Origin: the human T2T-CHM13v2.0 reference genome, Homo sapiens
Reading direction: 5' to 3' (one strand)
Assembly (NCBI RefSeq): GCF_009914755.1
Contig: NC_060927.1
Length of the DNA: 64,000 nt
Shown here: piece by piece, positions 11,790 through 25,149 of the stretch
Layout: the number at the start of each line of letters is the position of its first letter
How positions within the stretch are numbered: the first letter of the stretch is position 1
The notes under the pieces: model-generated
Told to the model about the DNA's origin: nothing
Database searches by the model: none
Seen by the model: the letters and a program-made list of their open reading frames with translations, nothing else
Translations under genes and position numbers: made by a program

Positions 11790-12555
11790 ACTTACTCCCC
11801 AGGGTGTTCTCTGCTTGTAGAACTGTGCTTGATGTATGAGAAGCTGGGCAGGAATTCCAGGGAGTCCATGACCAGAAGCAACCTTCAATTAATAAGGGGA
11901 AAGAGTTGGTGGATAAATACCCCAGCTTCTGGCCCCTTGATAAGACACTTCTGAGGTATGATCTGCATAGTTGCTTAGTGGGTTCCCAGTAGGACTATAC
12001 CCCAGTTACAGCACCAGTACCCACAGCTAATGTGATCATCATTATATACTCTATTGGCTTTCCTCCCTTCTTGGACTCTCTTTCCCCTTCTCTTACCATG
12101 CTTTTTTGAGACCACTTTCTGCTAATGGTCTGAATATTTGTGTCCCCCAAAATTCATATGTTGAAACCTAATCATCAATGCAATAGTATTAAGAGGTAGG
12201 GCCTTTAGAAGACAATTATTATCTCAGGAGGGCAAAATCCTGATGAATGGGATTAGTGCCGTTATATAAAAGGCCCAGGGGAGCTTGTTCACCCCTTCAG
12301 CCATGTGAGGACACGTAGATATAAGGTGCCATCTACGAGGAATTGGCCTTCACCAGACACTGAATCTGCTTGTGCCTCGAGGTTGGACTTTCCAGACTGC
12401 AGAACTGTGAGCAACAAATTTCTATGTTTATAAATTACCCAATCTAAGGTATTTTATTATAGCAGCCAGGACAAACCAAGACAGCTTCCAAATAAATTAT
12501 CTGTACCCAAATTCTAGTCTCAAGATCTGCTTTATAAGGAATCAAAAGTGATACA
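11790..12555 (+). mobile_element. LTR16-like ERVL LTR interrupted by MLT1A
   Basis: gagttggtggataaataccccagctt ... attggctttcctcccttc; resumes with ccaaataaattatctgtacccaaat...ctcaagatctgcttt. Confidence 0.65.
12120..12483 (+). mobile_element. MLT1A/MLT1A0 solo LTR
   Basis: tgctaatggtctgaatatttgtgtccccc ... aaccaagaca, full length. Confidence 0.9.
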
Positions 12556-13014
12556 GATGCTATGACACACTGTCAACCTGGGTGAGTTGCGGGCATGACT
12601 GCTCTGCCTACCAGTCCTGAGAGATGCACAGACGTCAGTGGAGATGCTCAGGCTGCAGTTGCTTTCATGACCTAATATAGATACTGTGTTGTTACCTTTC
12701 CCTTCATTGCCACTCTTGTGTCTTTATGTGGCTTGGTCATATTTTAACAGGAAAGATACATTATGAACCAATAGTAGAAATGAAGCTTAGAGATGAGATC
12801 CAAAACGCAAGACATTTTATCAAGGTCTAGGCAGGGGGAGGAAAGGAAGGGATAGGAGAATGAAGCAGAGGACAGAGACATGTCTCTACTAGGAAAAAAT
12901 CCTGCTCATCTAAGAGCTCAAATAACTAGCTAGGCAAGGACGAGATCACAAAATCACTCTAGGCCACAGGATACAGTCAAATAGCATCACATAAGCAAAG
13001 CAACCGGTGAGTAT

Positions 13015-13981
13015 TTGTTCCAATTACTATTTCTGTGTAACAAACTACTCCAAACTTAGTAGGGTAAAGCAACCACCATTTTGTTATGCTGATGAATCCT
13101 GTGGGTGTGAAATTTAGAAACTACATGTATCACTCCATTCTCACACTGCTATAAAGAACTGCCCAAGACTGGGTAATTTAGAAAGGAAAGAGGTTTAATG
13201 GTCTCACAGTTCCACATGGCTGGGGAGGTTTCAGGAAGCTTACAATCATGGTGGAAGTGGATGGGGAAGTAAGGCACCTTCTTCACAAAGTGGCAGGAGG
13301 GAGAAGTGCCCAGCGAAGGGGGTAAGAGCCCCTATAAAACCATCATATCTTGTGAGAACTCACTCACTATCATGAAAACAGCATTGGGGAACTGCCCCAT
13401 GAGTCAATGACCTTCACCTGGTCTGTCTCTTGGCACATGGGGATTATGGGGATTACAATTCAAGATGAGATTTGGGTGGGGACACAAAGCCAAACCATAT
13501 CACTACACAATAGGACCAGCTTGTGTCTGCCTTTATGATATCTGGAGTCTCAGCTGGGAAGGAAGGTTTGAAAGCTGGGAGTGACCCAACAGCTGGGGTA
13601 TGGAACCACTGAAGGCTCATTTACTCACAGGTCTAATGGTTGATGCTGGCTGTTGACTGGATCCCCAGCTGGGACTGCCAGCTATGGCATCTACATGGGT
13701 CCTTTCCATATGGTTGCTTAGATCTCCTTATAGCATGGTAGCTGGGTTCCAGGAGTAAGCATCCCGATATAGGCAGAAGCTATATTGACTTTTATGACCC
13801 AGAAATAACCAAGAGTCATTTTCAATACCCTCAGAAGTTCACCCCAAATTGAGGGGAAGGAATATGGAATGAACACAATGTCTCAATGAGAAGAGTGTCA
13901 TTGAGAGAAATCACTTTGAAAGAAGATAATGTGGGTTGAGAGACATTGCTGCACACATCTTAGGAAATGCAGTCTGCCACA
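13015..13981 (-). mobile_element. MLT1H-like LTR interrupted by THE1D
   Basis: tgtgtaacaaactactccaaacttagt ... agtctgccaca. Confidence 0.7.
13126..13502 (-). mobile_element. THE1D solo LTR
   Basis: Close to remembered THE1D consensus (ggcaccttcttcacaa, ggggattatggggattacaattcaagatgag); exact TSD CTACA at 13121-13125 and 13503-13507. Confidence 0.92.
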
Positions 13982-14199
13982 ATGTTCACTGAGCATCTAC
14001 TATGTGTTTAGCCCTGTTTCAAGGGCTATGAGGTTCTCAAGATGGAGCCCTAGTGTCTGAATCCATGTTGGCTGGAAGGGGCTTCACACACTCCAGTTAG
14101 GGCTACTTCCTGGCTCACAGTGGCTCTACCTTCTCTGGGAACAGCCTTGAGATTGGTTGAGGATGGACAGCTTGTGCAAGCAAGGTCAAAACAGTCTTT

Positions 14200-14500
14200 T
14201 CTTAATTTCTCTAGCTGGTTCTGAGAAAAGTGGGGCAGCTGTTTCTAGCCATGTGTAGGAGGCCAGCCTGCACTAGGCAAGAATAAAGCTGACACTCGGA
14301 GAGAAACAGAAATGAGAGAGAGAGAGAGCCTCACAGCCTTTAGTTTCAGGCATCTCTGAGACCCATCAGCACCTTTGCCTTTCCCAGGTGTACATGAAAT
14401 ATCCTAGATCCTTCCCAAATAATTTCAAAAAAAAACAACAACAACAACAACAACTAAGCTTTTGAAGTTGAATGCTGTCACTTGCAACTGAAAGTGTTCT
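14200..14500 (+). mobile_element. MLT1K/J-like LTR fragment containing an (AAC)n tract
   Basis: Ends tgtcacttgcaactgaaag; (AAC)7 at about 14434-14454. Confidence 0.5.
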
Positions 14501-14689
14501 GCCACGCACAGGTATAAATAAGATGGAGCATTGTCCACAAGGGCTGGCCCCAGAGCAAGTAAGAACAATGTCAGCCATCAGATTCAAGGGTCAAGAGGGA
14601 GGTCATCATCTAATGGTGGGGTTAGATGTCAGGAGAGAAGGACACCAAGAGCTGGTCAGGAAATAGAGTTCAAGGGGACAAATGGAAGG

Positions 14690-14830
14690 TTTTGGAGTCA
14701 CGCAGACACAAATTCAAATCCTGTCTCAGAGATTTGTTGCTGAACCTCTCAGAGCCTCAGTCTCCTTGTCTGTAAAATGGAACTAATGCCCATCTCATGG
14801 ATTATTGAGAAGACTCAATGGCTACTGTTA
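14690..14830 (+). mobile_element. MIR
   Basis: aacctctcagagcctcagtctccttgtctgtaaaatgg core. Confidence 0.7.
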
Positions 14831-15139
14831 GGATTTTGTACAAGGGCAGTTACCTGGGAAACCATGATTCATTCATATAGAAGTGCAAGATTCTGAATTG
14901 TTATTGTTCTACTCAACTTCATTTTATCTGAACCCGATTACTCAGCTGGGACATCACTCTCATGTAGAAACTGCTGTGAGTGTCTCATCCCATACCCTCC
15001 TGGGCCACCTCTGAGTTTGCCTGCAGATGGGGAATAGAGAACCCTACATGCTGCTGGTTTTCCTCCCCAAGCATGTATATTCTTTGCTCTTCTATATGAG
15101 GTGTTTTTTCACCATTGTGGGTGTTTGCTCTATCAAGAA

Positions 15140-15370
15140 ATGAAGGGGAGATTATCCCCTGGGCTACTCTCATCCAACAAGGAAGAGAATCAGTGGACAA
15201 ATGCTGCATCTTCCCTGTCTTCCAATGGAACAGTTGTGTTCTTCATGGTTTCTCAGGGGTCTGCCACAGAATTGAGCCCCAGCTGCTCACAGTGGTTACC
15301 CACTCATGAGCATATATCTGCTGGTTTTTCTCCTTTTCCTGTCTCACTTCCCTACCTCCAAACTTGGGAG
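15140..15370 (+). mobile_element. LTR16-like fragment
   Basis: attgagccccagctgctcacagtggttacccactc ... ttcctgtctcacttccc. Confidence 0.6.
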
Positions 15371-16029
15371 TCTTACTACTTCCTGGGCTTTACCCAAGAA
15401 TAGGGGTCCAGATGCTATCTATCCCCAGATTCTCTCAAACCTGTCTTATTGTTGTCCCAGAACTCACCAGGGATGCAGGAGGCTGGATGCAGGACTCCCC
15501 AGCTCATGGACCAAGCAGGTCTGTAGAATCTTTCCTGCTCTGTTGCTCTTTCCTGCAGCCAGGGAAATCTCTAGTTTTAGAATCAGGATGATTTGCTCTT
15601 ACATTATTGTTCTTCCAAATCTATTATCTTTTTCATATTCTTGCTGAGTTCTATTGGGTCTAAAACATTAAAAGTCAGGAAAAAATATCCTTTTTCTCTA
15701 ATCTACACTGCTTCCCTGAGGCAAAGAAATGCAAAAATAAGCTAAACAAAGCCTGGCTGATTAAATAAGAGTAAGGGTTGGGGAAAGGGCTGAGTATAGG
15801 AAAATATGATAAGAAAAACTCAGTCGGTATTTCAGAATATTAACCCACCTCATAGAGACAAGAAAAGTGAGGTACAAAGAGATCAAATGTCATGGTCAAG
15901 GCTCACACAGTTAATAAAAGAGCTGGGACCAGGTCCCAATGATGTGCTACATTTAGCCAAAAGTGTGGCTTTCAGAAAGTGCGTTGAAATCCACAATACC
16001 ACATAGAATTAGGGTCCCCGAAGAGTAAG

Positions 16030-16155
16030 GTCTTCAGTACTTGCTGCATTAAATCAAATTCTGTCTTGCAGATCTTCAGTGTCTGCTGCATTAAATCAAA
16101 TTCTGTCTTGCGGGTCTTCAGTTCCTGCTGCATTAAATCAAATTCTGTCTTGCAG
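16030..16155. repeat. 42-bp tandem repeat, 3 copies
   Basis: tcttcagt recurs at 16031, 16073 and 16115; invariant core tgctgcattaaatcaaattctgtcttgc. Confidence 0.97.
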
Positions 16156-17596
16156 AGACTAACATTGGCAGGGATCCAAAAAAAGTCTTTGCAGCACAGG
16201 ACTATCCATTGTGAACGGCAACCACAGTCAGCAAGGCTCTGTTCCTTTAACGTGAAGACATTTTCCTTGTGGCGCTTGGTATTGCACATTTGATCTGTGT
16301 TCCATGCACAGCTTAGGCACTGAAAAGTAACCAGCTAACTTAGAGATTTCACCAACAGGTCCAGAACCATCTCCAGCTTCAGCTTGCCTTGATTTAGCCT
16401 GCAGGGTCTGTGCTCAGTCACCGAGCCAACCTTCGAAGTTGCGGAACGGGAAATAAGGGTCATGGAGTCTGAATGCATATTGTATACTGGATTTTTCTTT
16501 GGCTTGCTAATGTATTCAGATCAGAAATGAATAATGATTCTGTGCAGCAAGGTTACCAGTCCTTTCAATCTTTTTGAGCATTATTTTTGTTCTTCACCTC
16601 TGAAGACAGCACAGAGAGGATGGGTTCAGAGGAAATAAATGTTCCCTATACTCCTGGGTGTGCTCTCGTGTTCAGCCTTGTGGCCTGCCCCTCTCTCTGG
16701 GTGTCAGATGTCCGTATTCACTGCAGCCCTGTGCAGCTGCGTGAGACACTGGGTGACTTGCAAAAAATCCATGACGCGGAATCCATAGACAAATAGCAAT
16801 GGTAAATTTATGAGCTAGGTTTCTTATGCGTCGTTATTTCAAGCCACTAGAATCGTATAATATTGCCTTCCCTGACAAGGCTCTAATACCCACTTGGCAC
16901 AATCCCTCTGTTACGCCTTTTCTTGTAGGAAGAAAAAGAAGAAACAGTAGATGATGCTAACAAGCAGCATGTGAGTCACTGTGTGACCTTGGGAGCGATT
17001 CAAGGTCTGAGCATCTTCAAGTGCTGCGGGATAAGGCCAACCGTGCCATGTGGGTGATGTCATGGGGTGGGGGAGGTGTCAAGGGATGCAACCCTTCTGG
17101 CCTTGCAGTTTTCTGCTCCATAGAGGCCTGACAGGGCTGTCCCTACAATAACTCCTGGGCTCTGAGCCACTTCCCCAGATCCCAGCCGCTCCCCCGGCCT
17201 TGCCAGCTGAGACTTTTGGAACAGGTCCGGACTGGGTTTCACTGTTTTCAGATTTCCAAGGGGAGCTAGGAGTGTATTACAGCTTCATGAGATCAGCCTC
17301 AGAAGGTCCGTGAGGGATGCGTTTGCATCTGGGGAAATTACACAAAGGAGGCCCTCTGCCGTCAGGAGGGGATTGTTCTGGTAAAGGAGCGTCTCCCACC
17401 CCAGGCAGCTCCCAGCTGACTGCTCTAATGGACAGTGGTGGTTGGGTGCACAAGCATTGTAAATGAGCTTATAAGCCAACGTTCATTTCTTTTTACTTTG
17501 AAATCTGTGAGATGGCAGCAGGTCCGTTTCCTTAATGGTATTTATTTTAGAGATAATCAAATGTATTTGAAAGGTGTGATCCCACAGCAATAAAGG

Positions 17597-18025
17597 TGTA
17601 GGGAGGCAGCCCTGAAAACTGAAGGAGACCATGATATCCATCAGCTCTACTGTGCACACCAGATGTACTGCCCAGGTACCCCCTCAGCAGTGGAGCACTT
17701 TTCCTGCAGCTGCAAAGAGCACTATCAGCAGCTCTTTCAGGAAAGCACTTCAGCTCAAGAAAACTGCCTTATCCAATGCCACACCTGCTTCCAACTCAGA
17801 TGGGCCTCCTGGGTCAACCCAGAGGTAAAAAGGCCTTGGTCTTTTGCCCCAACTTAGGGCTCTAAATCTCTAAAGCTGAGGTCTTTATTGGTATTGCACT
17901 GCAGTTCAGTTCAACTTCTCCTGCTCAATCCTGCCTGCATCCCTTTCCTTCCACAGGTATTGATCCCAAGAACCCTCCCTAATACACCTCTTGCAAATGA
18001 TTCTCTGTCTCAGAGTTTGTTGTGT
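17597..18025 (+). mobile_element. LTR16A-like LTR
   Basis: ttttgccccaact ... caatcctgcc...ccacaggtattgatcccaagaaccctccctaata ... tgtctcagagt. Confidence 0.65.
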
Positions 18026-20493
18026 TGCTCTCTGCCAGCCCCCTCAGTTTCCATTCCTCCTGTCCATCAGCACCTCGAGTTTATTTGGGAGTTGCCTGTC
18101 CCACATTGTGACAGAGTCTTGGAGGGGCTGTAAACCAGTCCACTGTCAGCCCAGGGCCAACTGCATGGCATGAGCCAATCACACTTTCTCTGGGCCTTTG
18201 CAGCTTGGCTGAGACACATAAGACAATGAATGGGGCTTGCCCATTCCAGGGACGCACCTAGACTGGACAGCCAGGTTGTTCTTCTCTCCTGTTCCCACAT
18301 CCAATTATCTTACTTCCCAGCCACACTGAGAGATATCTTATGTCCCTGCAACAATTTCCCATTTTGCTTGTCAGCCAGATTAGGTTTTTGTTGTTTTAAT
18401 GGAATCCGGATCTGAACACAGACTTGGGCAGGGGCAGGAAGGGGAGAACAGCCAAAAAGAGGAGGCCTCTGAAGCCGGGCCCTGCAGTGGGAGAAGGAGC
18501 TGGCAGGGGAAAGAAGGGCTGAGGGTCCTCCAGGGAGAGGAGCAGCATGTGCAGAGGCCTGGGGCTGACAGGAAGCCAGGCATGGTTCAGAAGTGCAAGC
18601 AGAGGATGAACAAAAAGGTTTCCTGTGCTTCTAAATAGGACCCCAGGGTCGGTTTGCTGAAACACCAGAGCACGAGGTATATGCAGAGCATGGCGTCCGT
18701 GGGTTTTTCTAGGCAGTACCTTTGAGTTTCCAGAAAGAAGATGTTGTGAGCCAACAGCTGAGGACCAGCCTTGGCCCACACTCCTTAGAAGCTGTGACTG
18801 CAACTGTTCACTCTCAGGGAGGCACAGTCATTTGTGTTCTCATTCCCATAGGGTGGAGGTGATGGTGGGGAAAAGGGTGGAGAAAGCAAGGCTGAAACAG
18901 AGTGTGAGGTGCTGGGATGGGAGGGCGTCGATGTGGGAATAAATGTTCAGGCAGGCAGGATGGCTGTTAGGCAGCACATGGTCTCCAGGGCTGAAACAGG
19001 GAAGAGGCCTGAAATACGGGCAGCCCTGTAGTTAACAAGGATGGTGGAATCTACAGGGATAGAGGACCATCAGGTATCAGAGGGCATAGGGATGGGGGGA
19101 TGCCCCAGCCTACATTATCACAAGAGAAAGGAAGAGGAGTCATGGTGGCCACAGCCCTTCTTCTTCTGGAAATCCTTCCCTGCCTCAGAGATGCTCCTCA
19201 CCCGAATTCCCGCAGCAGCGTCCGTTTACTGCCTGCTGCCCTCGCCTGGAATCTTAGGAAACTACCACCACTGCAACCACAGGCGTGTTCTTCAAAGAGT
19301 GAGTCAGCCATTGGCCAAGGCAGGAATCCAATGGAAGGGTGTCAGAGCTGGAAGGAACCCGAGGGATCATTTTTGTACAGCCACTCCATTTTACAAATAA
19401 AGAAACTGAGGCCCAGGAAGGGGTCTTAGGCCACATTAGTGGACTTGAGCTTCCTAATCTACAGTCACAGATGATCTCTGTGGCTCAAATTTCATCCAAA
19501 CCTGGGAAATAGAGGATACCCCTACGAGCACACTCTTGTAGTTTAGGTACAGGTGTTACAGAAACGTGTCCACAGTCAACCACTAATGTAGCTGTTTATA
19601 ATTCCAAACATGCTGAATTACAGAGCCCTTAAGGAAGGATTAAAAGACAAATAAAGAGAGACTTGGCTCCTTATCTCTCAGGGCAAATCTCCAATCATTG
19701 ATACTCCTAGATTCAAGATATGCAGGGAGAAGGGATGGAACAGAAGCGCCTGAATGTCTTGTTGCTGGGTTCCACATGCTTTTGGTAACCAAGCTAATGT
19801 CCAGAAGCATGAGGTCTGAAAGCCCACCTGGATCCAAGCAGCTATGGTTCTCTTCTATTCTCAGGCATGAACCCAGGCTTTCTCTTTTGAAATCCAGCTA
19901 CGCAAGGAAGTCTCTGACTCTCAGGAAGTGCCTGGATTGTCTTGTACATAAAATGAAGTATTCATCTTCTACGGGATGCTGAAGGTGAAACAAGATCCTA
20001 TTTCTAGCCATCCTCTTCCTTTGGAAGAGCCAAAGTACTGGACGTGCATCAGGCCAGTAGGAATATACCTTCTTTCTGAAATGGTGATTATAAATTATAG
20101 ACAGCAACAACAGCCCCAAAGTGGCAGGTGTTGACAGGAGTAAAAAGGGAGGAAATAAGAGCTCTCTGTGTTTAAATGCTGAGTTGGGAGCTTTGGGTAC
20201 CACCTACCAGGTTGTAAAAATCTGTAGGAGAAACTTTGAAACCACAAATATACCTCATTGCCCCCATTAAGAACCCACTATGGTAAGGTGTGTCCTCCAG
20301 GCTGAGATACAGCAGGAATCCAGGAACTGGTCCATGAGCACGTGTGGGTAGTGTGAGGGGGCAGGGCAAGGGTGCCTGCCAAGAGTGGGCCTAGGGCAGG
20401 AGGAGGGGGTGAAGCACAGACAAAACCTGTGAAAGCCAGACTACTGAGGGAGTAGCTTCATGTCTTCACGATGACAGCTGTAAAATGCAGAGG

Positions 20494-20940
20494 TGTGGCA
20501 AAGCCTGCTCTCCCATCACTGAACCTTTTTCTTTCTCTTCTTGGGTCCACAGCTAGACCACACTTCCCAGCCTCCCGTGCAGCTGGATGTGGTCATGTGA
20601 CTGACTTCCAGCCAATGGAACGGGAGCATGAAAGCCTTCTGTGCATGATCCTTTCTTTATTCCCCATCTGTCTGCTCAAGGTCAATGTGCATCGGGATGA
20701 TCTTGGGTGACCTTGGAAGCTACATGATGAAGGTGGCAGAGCTTCTCTCAGCCTGGGTCTCTGAATGACTGGTTTGAGTTGATATCCCCATCTACTTTGT
20801 TCCCTTTCTCCAGCCAAGGGAACAAAGAACAACCTAGAAACATTTTGTACTGTTACATAAGTAAAAATATATTCCTTCACTGTGTAAAGGCACTGAAATT
20901 TGGGGTGTTACATGGTATAGCACATAGTAATGCACTAATA
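20494..20940 (+). mobile_element. MLT1I/J-like LTR
   Basis: cacttcccagcctccc...ggtcatgtgactga...gccaatgg; cactgaaatttggggt. Confidence 0.7.
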
Positions 20941-21205
20941 TGAAGAGCAAGCCTCTGAATCCCTTAAAATTGCTTTGAGAACTAATAGAGAATGATCATG
21001 GTAGCATCATTAGCCATTTGTGCAACCCTCTGTAGCGAATCAGGGGCATCTTTAAACTAGTAAGGATACAAGTAGAGGAGATGTCATTATTCCTGGTTTC
21101 ACAGCTGAGTATGTTGAGGCTTAAAGAGATTCAGTAACTTGCACAGGCTGGCACACCTGGTAAGTCCTTTGTCAAAACTCACATTTCTAGAAAGACTGTT
21201 GAGTA

Positions 21206-21678
21206 CTGTGTGGGAAAGGACCTTCTTAAATCTCACATAAGAGACCATGTCAACACTCCACCCATATTGCGGTCGTTCCCTTTACCATTCCCACCCCAAC
21301 AGGCAGCATTTGTGTCTTTGTCTGAGGGCTGCCCGCAGCCTGCTGGAGTTCACTCTGCCTGTGCTTATGGAGGGCTGGAAATGCCTGGAATTTACAGCCC
21401 TCTAGGGATGCACTTGACCAAGGATGACAATGCAGGGGTACATGCTCCAGCCTCACCCTGACCAAGATACTCTGGGGTGTGACCTGCACTGTCGCCAGGG
21501 TTCCCTGCAAGATGTAGCCAAGGGGAAGCCTTCAGGGCACTTTGCCTGACACTGCACCCTTGCATGGCCTCCTCCTAGCTGGTCACACCCACCCTCCCAC
21601 TCCCCTACTGGTTTTCTTTCCTAATCAACCACTTTTCTTTTAGTGCTTGCCTTGGGGATAGAAACCTACCCTAAGATA
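21206..21678 (+). mobile_element. LTR16B/C-like LTR
   Basis: ggctggaaatgcctggaatttac, actctggggtgtgacctgcactgtc, ends accctaagata. Confidence 0.65.
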
Positions 21679-21944
21679 TTTAGAGTCCATCTCACTTCTT
21701 TTTCTAAGTGAGGAAGCTGATGGGCAGAGAGGAAGGGACTTGCTGGAGGTCACAGAGGAGAAGGGGGCTAGAGCCCAGGTCCCTCAGTGTCATCCACTGC
21801 TGCTCTGACAGCGGACGCCTACTGCAATAACTAAAGAAGAAGTCAGGATTCTGACTGGAGTCAAACTGACTGAATACCCAACCAGCCCTTACCTGGACTC
21901 CTGAAGCTCTGATACGTACCCATCGTACTGTAAGAACAGGCAGA

Positions 21945-22230
21945 CGTTCAACTAACATATATTTATTGAGCATGTTTTGGTGCCAGGTAGTGTTCTGGGT
22001 GCTGGAGAATCAAGGTGAACAGATGGTTCATGTCCCTGCCTATCATTAAGGAGAGAGGGAGAGAGAGACACCATGATATGAGGGAGTGATAAATGCTAAG
22101 AAGAAAAATAAACAGGGATCAGGGGTTTGACAGTGACACGGGATGCTGTGTTATATAGGGGGTCAGGGATAGCGCTCTGAGGAGTTGACACAAGAAGATG
22201 AGATAAAATGAAAGTGAATGTTTCTCTCTA
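21945..22230 (-). mobile_element. L2 3' end
   Basis: atatttattgagc...gtgccagg...gttctgggtgctggag. Confidence 0.75.
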
Positions 22231-23451
22231 GGTTCCCCCTCTGGCAGTAGGACAGTGTGGCGTCTGGTTGGCACTCAGTGGCCATCATCGGTGGGCAGCT
22301 GGCTCTGCTTGGAGGGGCTTCCTCTGGGTCCATGCCTTGTGCAGTGTTGTCACAGAGCTTGGAGGACTGGCTGGCTCTTGCTGCAAGAGGGCAAGGGACA
22401 CAGGCTAGCAGCAAGGGGGCTGTGGCTTGTGACTGTGTCCACAGAGCCTGTACCCACCCCCAACCCCAGAATGGTCTTCCAGTCCCCAAAGGACAGAATC
22501 GGAGTTGTCTTCAGCCATTTCAGACACGCCATTATCTTGAAAAGAAGGAGATCTGGAGTTATGCATCAGATATTCTCCCCAAGACTTCAGATAGCACATA
22601 CGTGCCAAGTTTAAGGCAGAAATCTTCCCTTCTTAAACTGTAACTATCTGAAAACCCTGTGAGAGCTCAAAGCTTGAGACTGTAGGTTTTGCAGTCAGGC
22701 AAATATTGGCCCTGCCCCAATGCTATGTGCTCTAGGGTTCCTCACAGGCCCTCTCTAAACTCAGACCTGAAAGATGATGCCAGTCTGAAGGAACAGATAG
22801 CCAGGGCAAAGCCCCTAGCAAAGAAACATGCTCAGGTTTTCAGGGACCATTTGTGAAAGGGGTAATTAAGGTGCTCCCTCCTCGGCCTGCTCTGATGTCA
22901 TTGTGACCAGCTGTACCTCCTGCTTCCCCTGCAGCCACCCATGGCCCCACACATGGCTTGCCGCATCTGGAGGTCATGCAGCAAGCCCAGTGCTTCTTGG
23001 GAGAGACGCACCTGGCCCTACCCCAGGGGCTGTGTCACCTCCCAGGCAAGGCTCTCTCTCCCACAACCAAGACACGGTGTTCCCTACTCTGCTTTAACTC
23101 CCACTGTGACTGGTTTTGTCGGGGGAGAGAGGATGCTTTACAAAATACTTATCTTTATGCTTTGATTTTACAGCAGCAAAGAAAGTCACCTTTGGGCTCA
23201 TCTTCCAAAGACAACCTTCCAAATTCTTGAGTGTATTTCATTATTGCCTTTTTTATAATAAATATTTTTCCATGGTTGAGAAATCACATTTTTTCCTCTT
23301 CCTACCAATTCATTTATTTTCTTGGCCTGCCACTTCCCATAAAAGGTGCAACATATGGTAGAGGAATTTTCCTCCACCTGGGGTTTTGGAAATAATTCAG
23401 AATGGTTCTTCGGCTTTTGCTGGCTAGAAGAATGTGTGTTTTCTTTTATGA

Positions 23452-23952
<501 letters not shown>

Positions 23953-24084
23953 CAGTCTTTCTACAAAACATGTCATACTTGTATAATAAAAATATTTTTA
24001 AAATTCACTAAAATAAGGGGGGAAAACAAATAAAAGGCAAATCCAGTTAAGTGTACTATATCTGGTATGTTACAGGATGATAAT

Positions 24085-24325
24085 AGATGTTTCGTGAAGA
24101 ACTAGTCCAGTGATGAAATAAGTTGGGAAACATTGAGTTAAACAAAGCTAATTGGATTTATTCCCTGCAGGACTTCTCAGAGCCTTTAATATCCTGGTGG
24201 GCCTTATGATCTTTAAGAGGGTGCTATACCTAGTGATGTTACCAGGCTTATCTCATCTCTGAATCCCCATTCTGAGGAATATCTCTCCAGACTGATTATC
24301 TGTGGAACACTCTGGAAAACCCTGT
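24085..24325 (+). mobile_element. MER103C-like hAT element
   Basis: aaataagttgggaaacattgagttaaacaaag...ctgcaggacttctcagagcctttaatat. Confidence 0.75.
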
Positions 24326-24655
24326 TGCCAAGCTCTGACCATGTGCAGAATCAGGGAAATGCTCAGGTCTCATTAGGCCAAGTTCTAATATGATCTGCAG
24401 AGTTGAATGAAGCCTTGTTAGGTTGGGAAATTTGAGACCACATCAGCTATTAAATGAGAAACACTGCTGAGATCTCACTGGCAAATTAAGACATGTGGCC
24501 AGGTCAATTATGGATTTTCCAATTACAAGATTTGGAAAGGTAGAAAGACATTCCTGGGCATTTGGTTAGTAGGATCACTGAGCTTTTGGTTCAGCACGGA
24601 TGATAAGACTTGGATAAACAGAGGGAATTCCCTGAACCCCAAGGGAATGAAATAT

Positions 24656-25075
24656 TGTGTTAGCTTATTTTGTGTTGTTATAAAGGAATACCTGAGACTG
24701 GGTAATTTATAAAGAAAAGAAGTTTATTTGACTCACAGTTCTGCAGACTGTACAAGAAGCATGGAGCCCACATCTGCTTGGTTTCTGATGAGGCGTCAAG
24801 AAGCTTTTAGTCATGGCAGGAGGGAAGGGAAGCCAGCATGTCACAGGGCGAGAGAGTGAGCAAGAGAGGGAGGAAGAGGTGCCAGCCTCCTTTAAATAGC
24901 CAGCTCTCCTGTGAACTAAGATTGAGAACTCATTCATTACCATGGGGAGGGCACCAAGCCATTCATCAGGGATCTGCCCCCTTGACCCCAACACCTTCCA
25001 CTAGGCCCCACCTCTAACACTGCGGATTACATTTCAACATGAGATTTGGAGGGGACAAACATCCAAACCATATTA
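24656..25075 (-). mobile_element. MSTB-type solo LTR
   Basis: MST body; TSD AATAT at 24651-24655 and 25076-25080. Confidence 0.9.
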
Positions 25076-25149
25076 AATATACTTGCAAATAAAACAGTCC
25101 AAAGAAGCATAAAAGGGATAATGGAGAGTGGGATCAGTGGACAGATCAG

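Noticed and set aside
16030-16155. CRISPR-like array
   Set aside because: Head-to-tail repeats with no unique spacers, no cas genes, and primate genomic context
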